From Octopus vulgaris (Eukaryota), in assembly GCA_951406725.2 (NCBI GenBank), contig OX597819.1, positions 2,356,001-2,420,000 on the forward strand: 64,000 bases of DNA, given 5' to 3'. A program made the translations under genes and the position numbers. Shown piece after piece: positions 50,446-64,000 of the stretch. The notes beneath the pieces are model-generated. The model was not told where the DNA came from. It made no database searches and saw only the letters and a list, made by a program, of their open reading frames with translations. The stretch's first letter is position 1. Every line of letters starts with the position of its first letter.

Positions 50446-53400
50446 CGATATGGTATTTCTAGCCGTTATTATTGAGCGCTCTTTTTGACTCTGATAACTT
50501 GATTTGAATAAAGGAAGTCTTGGTGGCTAGTTCGGTAAATAAGTTAAGTCCGTTTTTGATGCTCTGATGCAATACATGATAACTTTATAGATTTCAGCCA
50601 TCGATGTTTCGTAAACTAATAATTAAACTTAATGAAAACAATGCTTTTTCTTTAATACAACCGCAAATGAACAGAAAAATAAAGAGAAATTGTATAAATC
50701 TATTAAACGGGATTAAATACACAGGACATCGAAATAACTGCCAAGAATGTGTGATTAATACAAACCTCTGTATATTGATATAATAAATGTCTCGACGATA
50801 ACGACAATAAATACAATATCACTGAGGACATTTAGTAAATGGAAGTCAGTTACCGGGCAAGTTTCAACTCAGAGTGAAACTAGTTTAGCTGAATTCTCTC
50901 CTCGCAAAGATTTTATTAAAAATAAATCACAGTCGTTTGCAACTTCCAAAAATGTAAATTAAGTTTAATAATTCTACTCACACAGTGTTGGTTGACATCT
51001 ATAGCTCATTCCGTAGTACATAATTACATCGAAAATAATCATTACCTACATATAAGCAATTTATGAATCGGAATAGCAGCCAAGAATTCGCAATTTATAC
51101 AAATCGCTGCATCAAATTTAATTAATAAGTTTAATTACTGTGGCAATAGACACAGCATTACTATCGACAGTTGGAGAATGGTAGTTGGTTGCTGTTAAAT
51201 TTCCCACGAAGATTACAAAAGAAGTCGACTGGTACCACTTTTCTGACCACAAAAGGACATTCATTTACGAGTGTCAATGCTTTAAATGAAATATGGAATC
51301 ATATAGAGATTTCACTCAGCACAATGGAAAACAGGTAGCGTGATTGTAGGTAACACAGCTAATGACAGATAAGCTATACTTAAGAGCCCTTCTTTATAGG
51401 ATTACTTTCAACAAATTTAAATACTAACTTTGCAGTTACTTTTAGCATTCTCTTTGTGCGCTACAAAATGTGCAACTGCCAAGTACTGATTCTACAGCTA
51501 TTGCAGGGATTGGCCGATAGACGTCCAGAACGTGACGGATTTCCGTCCATCTGCAGTGGATTTATTAACTTGGATAGCTGTTCACACTCTTGAGTTCATC
51601 TGCCTATTTTGACAGGTTTTGTTTTTCATCCCACAGTGTGACCAAACTTACTGTATTTGTTGATTTAGTCACCGACTGTACAACCGTTCAACTGTCATTT
51701 GTTGTACTGGTTTGCAAGATCACTAATAATAAATCTCTCGCTATCAGATGAGTAGGTATCGGATTATGAGATTTCTATCCTTTAATGTGCCATTTAATGA
51801 ACATCAAATGATACGCAATTCTATCCAGTAAGTTTCTCCATGTATATAATACCCTCTTTTGGTAACGTGGGTGGCGATATGCGTTCCAAAGTACACGTCA
51901 ACTATATAAAGACGAGCTGTTATATATAACCCATTCATGAGGGTATTTTAATGTGGGTATATGTATGTGCCTACCTCATTAATGTTGTTTATGAATACTC
52001 AAAGAGGTCGTGCTAAAGAGAGTTCAAAAATATGACCAAAGTACCCAAATATGAGCAAAGCTTGTTAGATTGTATCGTACATTTCAACTATCGCCAATAG
52101 CTGTTGCTTACAGTGAAATGTCATACTTTATAAAGGTAAATCGATGCACCTACAACAGTCATGATAATTAATGGTGTTGATATGAGACAGTAAAATAGTT
52201 AAGAGAGCAAAATTAAATACCATAAATATATGCATACGGTTTATATATAGGTATAAGTACATTTGATATAATACAAGTATAAAAATCAGAAATGTGAAGT
52301 GTTTTCGAAAGGAGACACCATAAGCGAAAAACATAAGTATATGGTTTTTGTTCTAAATTCTATGAATAGATTTTTTAAATGTGAATTGACATTAAAGCTT
52401 TCATAGAGAATAAAATTAAATTTCATTGCATGAAAGATACTTTATCAATATTTTTATCAACAAAATCCTATCGTATGATGTATGTGATTATACTTCATAT
52501 AGATAATTTGAATATATATAAATATACATCTATAAACCATCCACTCAAAAATGTGTGTGAGTATTTTTATGTATATGGATGTGAGTGCATATATAGATAC
52601 AAGCTAGTTAAATTGCTAAGGATTGTGACAATCTGCTCAAGTGTTTATGATTTAAATCTACTACTTGCATTTCATTCTATTCTAGGTAGAATGTATATCA
52701 GTGCTTCAGTACACCTGTCAGCATTAGGGACTAGGTGAATCTGATTCAGTTTCAGATCAAGCTCTGCACTCCAGTTCACTTTAGAATCGCTAATAACGGT
52801 CGGTGTACAACATTACATTTATCACTCACTCAGCATTCACCGCTAAGTGGACAGCTGCCACGAAAAGAGCCCGCTGTGTAAGCATAAGTGGGTTGTGTGT
52901 ATGCGCCTGGGTGAATATATGCTTGCGTGTATGTGTGTGTGTGTGTGTGTGTGGGGCGTGTATGTATATATATGTGTGTGTGTGTGTATGCATGTATGTA
53001 CGTATATATGAATGCACGTATGAATGCACAAGATGGGCGCGCATGCACACACAGACACACGCACATACACAGGTACATATACATGTATATCCGTTATATT
53101 AAGATATTAAAAAATTGGTAATTGTGACAGCATTTCATGCCTACAATCACTTCGTATTCCAAAGGAAAAAATATCACTGCTTAACAGCAACTAACGAAAA
53201 GCCTGGAGATCAATTACTAGCTATTATTGTCAAGAATGCTACACGAGGATAGCCCAAAATCATGTCATCTGTACATTATAGGAATATCAAATTATATATA
53301 TATGTCTATCTATCTATACACACACACGCACATGTATATATACATATAAGAGATTTGGCAATACTATCGCCTCCAGTACTTGAATGATACTTATTTTTTA

Positions 53401-53821
53401 TCGTCTACCAACATGAAAAAAGGTAAATTTGACCTCGGTGGAATATGCTCTTAGAACGAAAAGACCCGGAACAAATATCACGGGGCATTTTTCCGTCAAG
53501 CAAACGATCCTGACAACTCGCTGACTGTTTTTTTTTTTTTTTTGTAAAAAGAAAAAGAACGAAATTATGACATAAACGCGTGCATACAAAATCATATTTA
53601 ACACAAATTATTAACTCGATAAGTCAGAAAGGCATTGCGTATTTATACACTAATGTAAATATACTCGTGTTTAATTTTTGAAAAGGCACATGTAACAACA
53701 AGAACTTGCATTCACACATGCATAAACACGTACGCGCGCACGCGTATACATACACATGTATGTAAACTTTTTTTTTAATTTATCGATAATGTTGCTAATA
53801 AAAAGCGACTGAGTAAAATAC

Positions 53822-53945
53822 CTGCTTTCACAAAATAGTTGGTGTTGCTCATTGCATCCCCTTCATCTGCAGTTGTTGATTCCATGATAACGAGAAGCAT
53901 GGTTAACATGAATAGAGGGAAAGGGATTTCTTTTTTAGCTTTCAT
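53822..53945 (-). CDS. Coding exon 1 (signal peptide) of an ionotropic glutamate receptor-like gene
   Basis: ATG at 53945 reads MKAKKEIPFPLFMLTMLLVIMESTTADEGDAMSNTNYFVKA, with a basic n-region, a hydrophobic core and a T-T-A cleavage-like site. It is 124 nt with a phase-1 donor GCAG|GTATTT. It joins exon 2 in frame (G+CG=Ala), giving FVKAALVG, which resembles the first beta-strand of iGluR ATDs. The implied intron is 34,047 nt. Confidence 0.8.
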
Positions 53946-54651
53946 GATGATAGCGTATTAATATTACCTCTTAAGATATTAAAAGTGTTGAGAATAACGA
54001 ACAAACAGCTGAAATAGCGACTAAAATAACATGAGAAGCAGCTGTCATTTCCATAAGTGCTTTATTGGCACTGAACTATTGCAAACAATTCAGAGCATGG
54101 GAGGAGTTTACGAATTCTATAAAACGACTATATATTAGCAATGAAAAAAAAATCGATTACTCCCGGTAAAATTGGTGTTTATAGAGATATGAAAATATCC
54201 CGCTTCGAGCCCTTCTTTTCGTCAGTATATGACATTACTAAATGAAGCCAATCCAATAATTGTTGAATAATCAGCCATTTTCATTGATTGCTTATGCGTT
54301 TATCTCCGATCATAAATGGGCGTTTTAATGTCAACCAATCTAAATTGGCAACAGTGTGATTCCCATGGTAAAACCCAAATCTAATACTACAAAGTAATAT
54401 ACATACATACATATACACACACATTTATATATATATATTGTATATATATATATGTGTGTATGTATGCGTGAGTGTTTTTCTATGTATATATATGTTGTCG
54501 CTACCTAGTAATATACATACATACATACATATATACATACATACATACATATACACACACATTTGTATATATATATATTGTATATATGTGTGTGTATGCG
54601 TGAGTGTTTTCTATGTATATACATGTTGTCGCTAACTAGTAATATATATAA

Positions 54652-54696
54652 AAGATGATTACCTAATTTCTGTTCTTTTGTCATTAATTAATCGAG

Positions 54697-54775
<79 letters not shown>

Positions 54776-54782
54776 GTATATG

Positions 54783-54852
<70 letters not shown>

Positions 54853-54870
54853 TGTATATATATGTATATG

Positions 54871-54934
<64 letters not shown>

Positions 54935-54976
54935 GATTAATTAATGACAAAAGAACAGAAATTACGTAATCATCTT
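54652..54976. repeat. 48-bp inverted repeat enclosing about 230 bp of (TA)n/(TATG)n
   Basis: AAGATGATTACCTAATTTCTGTTCTTTTGTCATTAATTAATCGAGATA matches its reverse complement ending at 54976 with one mismatch. It is preceded by a tandem duplication of about 130 bp (54390-54645). Confidence 0.93.
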
Positions 54977-56527
54977 CATTCTGCTATAAAACGCAGGGCG
55001 CTTAGAGCCGAGTGCACAATATCTTATAGCTTCCTGCAACAAACAGTGGTTGCTTCTTTATTTTGTGTGATGGTTATTTAAGTTAAGCATTTCATAGTTT
55101 AACTGTACAAATATACAGGACGACACACTAGAATGTGATGACAGACAAATATACTAGGGCTTTCATTTTCCATTTTTTAATAACCTGAGACTAAATGTTA
55201 GAACTACGTTTGACTTAGATGGTCAACATTTGTCGCTTACAGAAGCTGTTTTCTTATTCCCGTAAAAAATATGTTTTAAAATAACTTGTTTTTCATATTA
55301 AGAGCTTGAAATAATGTTTCAAAATTCGAAAAAAATGGTGTATTATTTTGCTCATTAGTTTAATGAGGAAATCCTAATGGTTGGAACGTAGCGAAGGTGA
55401 CAGCCATAATTAAGCTTCTACACGTGATCATTGGTGTCAGCTGTTAGAGACAAGTGACGCCTGTATCTGTATTTAGAAGAGCGGAGGGATAATTAACTAC
55501 GTCAAAAAAAGTTAAGAAGTCATCAGATTAAAATTTTCGTCGATAGAAGTCCATCAAAGAAAAGGCGGTTAGTAGAGAATAATAGTCATCAGAGAGGAAA
55601 CGATCTGAAAGTAAAAAAAAAATCAGCAAAGCAGACTTCGTATAAAATAATAATGTCTTCATGTTTCTTTTAAAGTAATAACTGTAATCTTATGATTCCG
55701 AATTACTTTCCCTTTTAAACTCAGATAACTTGAATATAGTATTTCACGATTGAGACTAAGCAGAAAGATATATATTTTAATTAGAACATTTGCTTCTCTA
55801 TATCTACTCAATAATGTAATACTAAGAATAGTTATTTGTATCTTTGACCAAATTTTGCTGCGAAGTAGTATTTCAAAAGTATCTTTTAAAATTTTTAAAT
55901 ACTAACTTGCTTGTGAGAAATTTCAATAATGAGTCACACAAAAATTGTGTGTAAGGGCAAAAGTTATATATTGATTTCTGATTCAGGTACAAGGCCAGTA
56001 ATTTTAAGAGGAAAGGCGAGTCGGTACTATCGACGCCACTATTTAACTTTTGGTTTGTTTCCTAGGCAAAGTTGGCCTCGGCCGTTCTCGAACTCAGAAC
56101 GTAAAGAGCAAGAACAAATATCGCAAAGCAATTTCTCCGAAGCTCTAGTGGTTCTACCAATTCACTACACTAGAAACGCTATAATTTGGTTTCAAATCTT
56201 GGTACAAGGCCAGCAATTTCGAAGGAGGGAGTAAGTCTATTACATCGACCCCAGTTCTCAACTGGTAATTATTTTATCAACCTCGAAAGGATGAAAGGCA
56301 AAGTCGATCTCGACAGAATATGAACTTAGAACATAAAGGCGGACGAAATTCTAAGCATTTTGCCCGATCTAATCACGATTCTGCCAGCTGGCCGCCTCGC
56401 AGACTTTATAGGCTGAAACTTATTACTAAGACAAATTTTGTAAAATGAAAGATGAGGTTTACGTAATTTCACTGAATTCTTAATAAAAAAATGTTTCTTA
56501 AAAATAAGTAAGTGTGTGTGTGTGTGG

Positions 56528-56577
<50 letters not shown>

Positions 56578-56809
56578 GCTATAGTATTTCTATTTTAGCT
56601 TCAGAATGATCGGTGGGGAATAAAATGGTCTTGTTTGCCTATGTAGTCTAGAATCTATTGACACATTCTTATTTATAGTGTTGAATCTTATTTGGCAGAA
56701 TCGTTTGAGTGATGGGCAAAAATGTCTTGTGGTTTTTTGTTTCGGATCTTTGTATTCTAAGTTCAAATTCCACTGAGGCGGCACGCAATAAGCTAATGAA
56801 ACTATGAAG

Positions 56810-56980
56810 AGGAACAAGACTCTAAAAATGATCCATATTTTCCATGACAATGCGCAACTACATACATCTTTGGCCAGAAATTAGGGAATAGGCAAATTGG
56901 ACCAGTGTGTGCTTCCTCATCCACAATACAGCCCGAATGTGGCGCCCTCCGACTTACACCTCTTTGGCCATTGGGATGAC
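56810..56980 (+). mobile_element. Mariner transposase fragment
   Basis: FHDNAQLHTS...VLPHPQYSPNVAPSDLHLFGH. Confidence 0.8.
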
Positions 56981-58984
56981 AATTTGGTGTATAACGATTT
57001 GATGATACCTAACAAGGTGGGTGTTGCTTTCAAGAAGTGAGTATAACAGCGCACGTCTGGATGTTTTCAAAGAAGATCAGAGAGTGTCAGTGATATGGTT
57101 GCTTCCATTACGACATGGTATTGTCAAAATAACGCATGTATTTAACATGCTGTCAAATGTTTTTGTAGTATTCAATCCATATCAGGATTAGGTTTTCCTT
57201 TCTCTTCTTGAATAAATTTTCAGTTCATTAATCGATGCTTTTCATGAAAGTGAATTTCTTTTCGTTACCTTCCTGCTCCTCTAGTAGGATGTTATTACTT
57301 TCCAATCTGTCGGAGAGACCAGATACCAGAAATATCAAGAATTTGTATGTAAACATGTTATTGGTTTGTATTTTGCACTCTCTTATAGCAAGTTACATGT
57401 TGATTCCGGTTCTTTTAGTATTATATTGAATGCTGATACTACAGATTCCAGTATACTGGTTAAGTATTTTGTCTAGAAATTGAGGTTTTTCTCTTACTAG
57501 TAATCTTTAGAGTATTGGTAAATTCCCGCTAGTTCATGTTTTACATTTCCCTCAGTTTCTGTCAAATAAATTGTGTGCATTTATTGCGCTGTATTTTTTG
57601 TTTTGTTTTGATGTTATGTTTTTTTCGTTTGATTTTTTCTCAATATATTTCGATTTCTGATGGTGTTGGAGGTTCAACTAGCATTATACTGTTTTATACA
57701 TTTTTATTCATGTCTCGTTAAATCTCTCAGCATTTGTTTCAAATAACTTATTCTCATTAAAAACGTTCATGACAGATGTTCAAATTATCTGCCATGTCTT
57801 CTGTGAGATTTGGATTTGGTTCTATGATAAAAAAAAATATACTTTCAGGATTTGGCTATCATTTTATGAAGAATTTTGTTTATGTGTGGCTTGTGAAGGT
57901 GTTTCAATTGGTTCATGTTTATTAAATTCGCTATTGATCACATCTATTTCCTTCATTGTTTCTCGTAGATTTTTCTCTATTGCTAATGACTTTTTATTCT
58001 ATTTGTTCTTTGTGCAGCTGGGATTTATTATCGGTGTAGCTGGATGTTTGCTTGGTTATTTTCATTAAGGTACTGTGTGATATTCGCCCTCATTTTAAAT
58101 TGCTGTTTTTTTGTAGTAATATCTTGGGTGTGGTAACTTCTCTTGAAATATTTCCACTTTGTTTTAAGGGATTGCTTGTAATATGAGAGTTTGGGTTTTA
58201 GGAGCTAATCGTTTTTTTACTTGGCTAGCTTTTTTATTCTATTTCCAACGTGTATTATTTCTATGAGTTTTTCTATTTCTGTACTTTAGAAATTTATAAT
58301 AAAACTATACATGTGCTACCATATTTAATTTAATTCATGTTACATCCTTTTTTTCTTTTCTCGTAGGCCATTTTGATGAGGCTAATGTATATTAGCTAGT
58401 GTATGGATGTGTTTTATGCGTGCAACACTGGGTTAACGGCCTTTAGTTCATCTTCCTATTGCAATTTATTTTATGTTGAACGTTGCTTGCAGTAGGAAGC
58501 AGACATTAACGATTTGATAGGACACCGCTTATGACCTTCGTGTTACATGTACTTCACAGCGTCATCACATTAAACTCACCATACAATATTCATTATAAAT
58601 CTTGAAGAAGCAAATAGATATTTTTATCGCTGTTTGGTTTATTGGACATCGCTGGTGTATCGCTATATAGTGATGGCTTTATCTCAAGTTGGTTCATTTT
58701 GCTTTGTTTATGAGTCCCATTCCCGTTTGTTATTGTAGAATTGTATATTATGTAAACAATGTTTCTTGAGCATAATAAAGACAGAAAAGCGTAAAATATG
58801 TATTAGATATATCTACGAAAGATTTGGACAACATTGCTATATTTTTTATGTATTGATATTGATCTCAGATACGGTAATATTATTGGATATTTTTTATTCT
58901 TACAGAGTTTTTCACCATCTTTGTTGTTATTCATTACCGACACGTACTTTTCTGTTATTCTAGTTATTCTTCAGTAGCTTTACT

Positions 58985-60972
58985 TTTATTGCGTGCTTTC
59001 GCTGCACTACCAAGTGTGGCTCTATGGGCCTTGGGCACGCAAAGTGTTTAGTTTAGTTTTGTAATTTTGTTTAGCATTCGAAAATACTCTAGGCAATACG
59101 AGTGCAGTAACTATTAGTGCTATTTTCTGTATATTGTCCATATTGTAAGTTATGAGATTTGGGTTATGTATTTGATACCATGATTTTTAATAATTCTAAT
59201 CATTCTCACTGTTATAGCAATTGTCTATGCTTTCTGTCCCCATATTCTAGTTATCTCTATTTCTAGCTCTCTATATTTGCGTAATTTTAATTTTGTTTAT
59301 TAGAGTTTATACTTCCATTATGAGAACATGCTTTTCCTGGTTGTCTTTGACAGTAGTAACCTGCCGATCAGTTTTGATCTTCTTTGAATAAACTGGTACA
59401 TCCCAGAATATAATTGTTTTCTCATACTCTGAGACTTTTCCGATGTATGCTTATTATGCCACCTTTTTTGTTGTAGCGTTTCATAATACTGACATAATTA
59501 CCACTGTATGAAATAGCGAGTCTATCATGCTTGTAAACATATTCTTCGATGTCAAAGACTGGGAAATCACAGGCCATATATTTGTTTCTTTCCAATTTCT
59601 ACATATTCTTGTATTCAGATTCACTACATGCTTCTGGCGCCTTCTTTTGGGGGAGGTTTTGATCCTCTACTGAAGTCAACAAACATTTAGTCCCTGCTTT
59701 CAGCTCTGTATGTCTCAACAATTGTCTGGATTTTTCTTTGCCAACTCTAGGTTTGTTTTCTTTTTCGTATGTTGACTATGCTTTAGGTTTTCTTACTATC
59801 ATTTTAGTGTGCCATTGCATAGACATACATAAATTTCTACCTTTCACAATTTCTGTTGTTCTTTTTCTCTTATCCGTCCCATTACCGTCAGATCTAAGCC
59901 TCTGTTTTATATATGCTTCATTAAAGACAGGAAATAATTGTTGTTACTGTGTACTTTGTAACTATTTGTATTAGTTTTTATTGTTTTTCATTGTATACTT
60001 TCGCAGATTTTCAATGGATATTTTCTGGTCACATATGAGTCACTGTCTTAGTACTCATCGTAAATAAATCTTTCTATGTCAATCTTTTGGTGGTGTATTC
60101 AGTCATAATACAGCCATTATTTTTCTTTCCTGACTAATATTGCTAATTCGCTGAGAGTTCAATACAAAAAAATTATAACAGAGCAAGAGTAATCATATTA
60201 TGTGCATTGCATTTGGCATTTAGCCCTGTTATTACCTTAATATATGTATAATATTGCTTTTTCAGTACATTACCCATCATACATTTATGTCTAACACTCT
60301 GTCTTGTTCAAGGACTCCAAAGAGTCGTTAAGTCCTTAAGTTTTCTGACACTCTTATATCCGTTTCTTTCTCAATCACTATATTGCTGCTCTCGATTTTT
60401 CCCCGTTTTAATGTGTTTTTCTCATCCGAGTTTCATATCAAGTCCTCTAAGTCTGTAGCCTGTCTGTGAGTAGGGTTTCTACATGTTTATCACCTGCATG
60501 GCATAACTTGAAGTCATCGTTTCCTAAAGCTGCTTCAGTGCCTTTCTATAGCATTTGTAACTGCATTTAGTTTAATATATTACTTTGGGTAACGGTTAAT
60601 TAGTGTCAAACAGAAAAAGCATATGGAGGGAGATCCCTTGAACTACTGCTCTTCTAATAGAGATGGTCATATAATCCCTTCTTTTTGTCTATATCTTGAG
60701 ACTTGCAGAATTATTTACTATTAACTCATGACCAGTTACCAGTATCTGCTGACTGTTACCAGTATCTGATGTAAATCACTCATAGCTGCAAGTGTGCGGA
60801 GCTCTATTAAAAGGTTTCGAGTAACAATCTAATCCATTCGATGCTCTGCCCCTTTTATATTTCAACTGTTTTTGGTTATAGCTTTGACTTATATAACCAT
60901 ATATGCTTTTTGCAGTGCCTCGTGTGTGTGTGTGTTGGTGTATGCGTGTGTGTGTGTGTATGTGTGTGTGTA

Positions 60973-61051
<79 letters not shown>

Positions 61052-61750
61052 GCGTATTCGGGATGAAAAATGTCTTTGAATTGTTTTCGATATAATTCAT
61101 TGTTCTTTTTTAACCATTGTTACTGGATGCTTTCCCTGCGCAATCAAACACCAATCACTTACGTTTAAAATCCCTGATGCACTTACTGTCGTTGTTCTTA
61201 TTCGTTTTCTTATTCTTCAGGTTATCGCTTTTAGTTTTTGTTTTTTGTTTTTTTGGTTTTTTTGTTGGGGGGAGTTGTTTTCTGTCTTTTTTCAGATCTT
61301 TAATTTCTGTTGGGGTTGATATACCGATTAAAGAGAATTTCATTAACTTGTGGTCATTGACAACAATATCTAGTCGATTAGTCTTGGTTTATCATACTGC
61401 GTATTACGGTTTATCTCAGAGTGTGGCTGCTTTGGCATTCTCCGATACCTTTCTTTGTGAGTGTCGATACCATCTGTTCTGGGTGGCATTTCATAATGCT
61501 GGCATGACTTTCAAAGTAAATAAGACCCAATACTGTCAGGTCAATGAATTTATCCTGGGTAATTTAATTGTTTCTCCCTCATCTACATATATTTGTAGTT
61601 ACCGTATTCTGCTTTGTTACAAAGTTTTGATGGTTTCTAATGAATTGGCTTTGAGTCTGTGCATGATCAATAACACTTCAGTCCTTGTTTTGAGTCCTAT
61701 GTTTGTCAACAGTGTTAAGAATACCTCCTTTCAGACGATATAGGTTCACA
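58985..61750 (-). mobile_element. Old, decayed R4/Dong-like non-LTR element
   Basis: Its 3' end GTAGTGCAGCGAAAGCACGCAATAAAA matches the younger copy at 62755-62790. Remnants of QKIALIV, KYRELEIEITRIW and the RT 'DDFKL' are visible. The 5' boundary is uncertain. Confidence 0.7.
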
Positions 61751-62519
61751 ACATATTCGATTCACTGATTTAAGGGAACTTTGAGACACAACACCTGCAT
61801 CCATGAATGAAGCAAGAAAATACTTTTTTTTATTATTTAGAGAATTTAACATTTGCTGATGTATTCTGATGCCTGTCAAAATCACGAGCACGAAAAACAG
61901 CGAGACTGAAAACGATGACAGACATTTTCATTCATAATACGTTCCGGCAGATTTGAACGTAAATATATCACCATTGTAGTATTTTGTCTTCGGAGGACAC
62001 ATTAGATTCATTGTTCCAAAATAGTTTATTTAGACTGAAGAGCCATATCCAGGTGGAAACACCAGCAACTCCTTACTTCAATGAATCAAGTGTGCTGCGA
62101 ACATGCATCTTCTGAAAGGAGAAGGTATCCGAAATAAAACATCAATTACCATATTCTGTTAAATTTCCCAGAATGTATTAAAAGCGAAAATGTATGTCAT
62201 CGCGTTAAAGAGAAGTATTTTTGTATGATTTTAGCATCAAAAGATCGCATGCTTTTGTGCTATACCCTATTCAATAAATGCATACTTACATACGTATACA
62301 TTTATATTATTCTTTTACTTGGTTCATTTATTGGACTTCGAAGTGTATAATCGATCATATCGAACACAGGAATCGGTTTTTAAATCTCGTACTTATTCTA
62401 TCGGTTTCGTTTTGTATTAATTTACGAGGCCATAAATAAACCAACTGGTATTCATTTGTTTATGGAGAGAATCACAAAGACAAAGACACATGCATACACG
62501 TGCACGCGCTCATGCAAAC

Positions 62520-62750
62520 ATACATTATTATTATTATTATCATTATTATTATTATTATTATCATTATTATTATTATTATCATTATTATTATTATTATTAT
62601 CATTATTATTATTATTATCATTATTATTATTATTATCATTATTATTATTATTATTATCATTATTATTATTATTATTATCATTATTATTATTATTATCATT
62701 ATTATTATTATTATTATCATTATTATTATTATTATTATTATTATTCAGTA
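62520..62750. repeat. (TAT)n/(CAT) trinucleotide array
   Basis: Seen directly; a second array lies at 63525-63640. Confidence 0.95.
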
Positions 62751-62751
62751 G

Positions 62752-63526
62752 TTTTATTTTTATTTTTATAGCGTGCTTTCACTTCACTACCGAGCGCAGC
62801 TCTGTGTGCCTTGGGTATGTGCTGTGATTTGTTGTGATGCTCTGATGGTTATTGTATGGAAAGTGTTCTGCGTAGGATGTGGCAGTGCCTAGTAGTGCAA
62901 TTTTCTGTATGTTATATGTGTTTGTAAGTCCTGGTGTTTTTGTTATGTATTTTTCTGAATATTTTTTTATCATGCCTAATGCACCTACTATGATAGGAAT
63001 TGTTTCTGTTTTCAGATTCCACATTCTAGTTACCTCTATTTCCAGGTCTTTGTATTTTGAGAGTTTCTCCATTTCTTTTAGAGACACGTTGTCATCTGCC
63101 GGTACTGATACATCAATTAGAAAGCATTTTTTTTCTTCATGATCTCTGACAACTATATCTGGTCTGTTGGCCTTAATTTCTCTATCTGTGTGTATCGGCA
63201 TATCCCAGAGTATGGTTGCTTTCTCGTTTTCTGTGACCTTTTCTGGTGTGTGCCTATACCATCTTTTTTCTGTTGTTATTCCATAATGTTGGCATAGCTT
63301 CCAATGTATGTAATAACCATCAGAGCAGTGTCTTGGGTATGTGCCTTGAGTATGTGCCGTGGTTTGTTGTGATGCTCTTATGGTTACTGTATTGAAAGTG
63401 TTTTGCGTAGGATGAGTGCAGTGCCCAGTAGTGCAATTTTTTGTATGTTGTATATATTTGTAAGTTCTGGTGTTTTTATTAAGTATTTGTCTGAATATTT
63501 TTTATCATACCTAATGCACCTACTAC

Positions 63527-63604
<78 letters not shown>

Positions 63605-64000
63605 CATCATCATCATCATCATCATCATCATTATTATTATTATACACCATTTGGTACTTTCATGCAAAGTTCTACTGCATCGCCTGCTACACCTCCATGT
63701 TACTGGGGGGGTGCAACATTGTGTGTTCGTTATTGTTGTTGGGAGTGTGAAAACTCGTCCCAGTATTGTCTTACATCACTTTGTTTTATTATGGAGTTTG
63801 GTTGCAGCCTTTTGTTGCATTAGTGTTCGTATTGTGTGCAGTGTGTGTAATACCAGTTGTGTTCTTCTGTTGGGTATTCGGCCTGTATGGGGTTGTTTAT
63901 AGAGTGTGTCTTTTTTTGTGCGGGATGGGGAGGGTTGTATTACTGAATTGATAATGTCTTGCGCATCATGTGGGTTGTTCCTAGCAGGGTTATTTTTTGG
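62752..64000 (-). mobile_element. Tandem 5'-truncated R4/Dong-like (restriction-like endonuclease) LINE 3' ends in (TAA)n
   Basis: KANRPDIVVRD..KKCFLIDVSVP...EKLSKYKDL..IIVGALG..QKIALLGTA (PD..D REL motif) at 62779-63310. A second copy lies at 63310-63525 and a third (QKITLLGTTHMMRKTLSIQ*) at the right edge. Confidence 0.88.

Noticed and set aside
52829-52860. RE1/NRSE-like half sites (TCAGCA...GGACAG) in a neural gene intron
   Set aside because: The spacing is non-canonical and the left half is poor; REST is not established in molluscs.
54195-54230. CTGACGA...GCTCGAAG hammerhead-like string upstream of the ATG (also CTGAGGA at 50822 and CTGAAGA at 62035)
   Set aside because: Stems II/III or the GAAA core do not form convincingly; probably chance.
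57200-58330. T-rich block resembling a decayed retroelement ORF on the - strand
   Set aside because: No motif was clear enough to assign a family.
61117-61743. 208-aa hydrophobic ORF on the + strand
   Set aside because: It is probably the antisense reading of an A-rich decayed LINE region; no splice or domain support.

Overview
AT-rich, microsatellite-dense animal genomic DNA. The SINE, Penelope, mariner and Dong repeat complement points to an octopus (coleoid cephalopod); this is an inference. One host gene can be rebuilt by hand on the minus strand. Seven phase-compatible GT-AG coding exons (53945-53822, 19774-19604, 18017-17769, 15575-15382, 3283-3230, 686-596, 293-163; 1014 nt, 338 aa) encode a signal peptide plus a divergent iGluR-type amino-terminal domain, and the gene continues off the left edge. 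Four of these exons are absent from the ORF track. The 34-kb first intron and the other introns contain tRNA-derived SINEs, a near-intact mariner, a Gypsy remnant with a target-site duplication (TSD), LINE fragments and many Penelope-like element (PLE) ends. The most notable structures are at least six minimal hammerhead-ribozyme motifs (one fused behind a tRNA/Pol III SINE head) and a series of fold-back inverted repeats at (TA)n tracts, including a roughly 1-kb near-perfect palindrome. Most long ORFs in the track are microsatellite artefacts. All calls were made by eye, with no database searches or folding runs, and repeat boundaries are approximate unless a TSD or terminal inverted repeat (TIR) is given.
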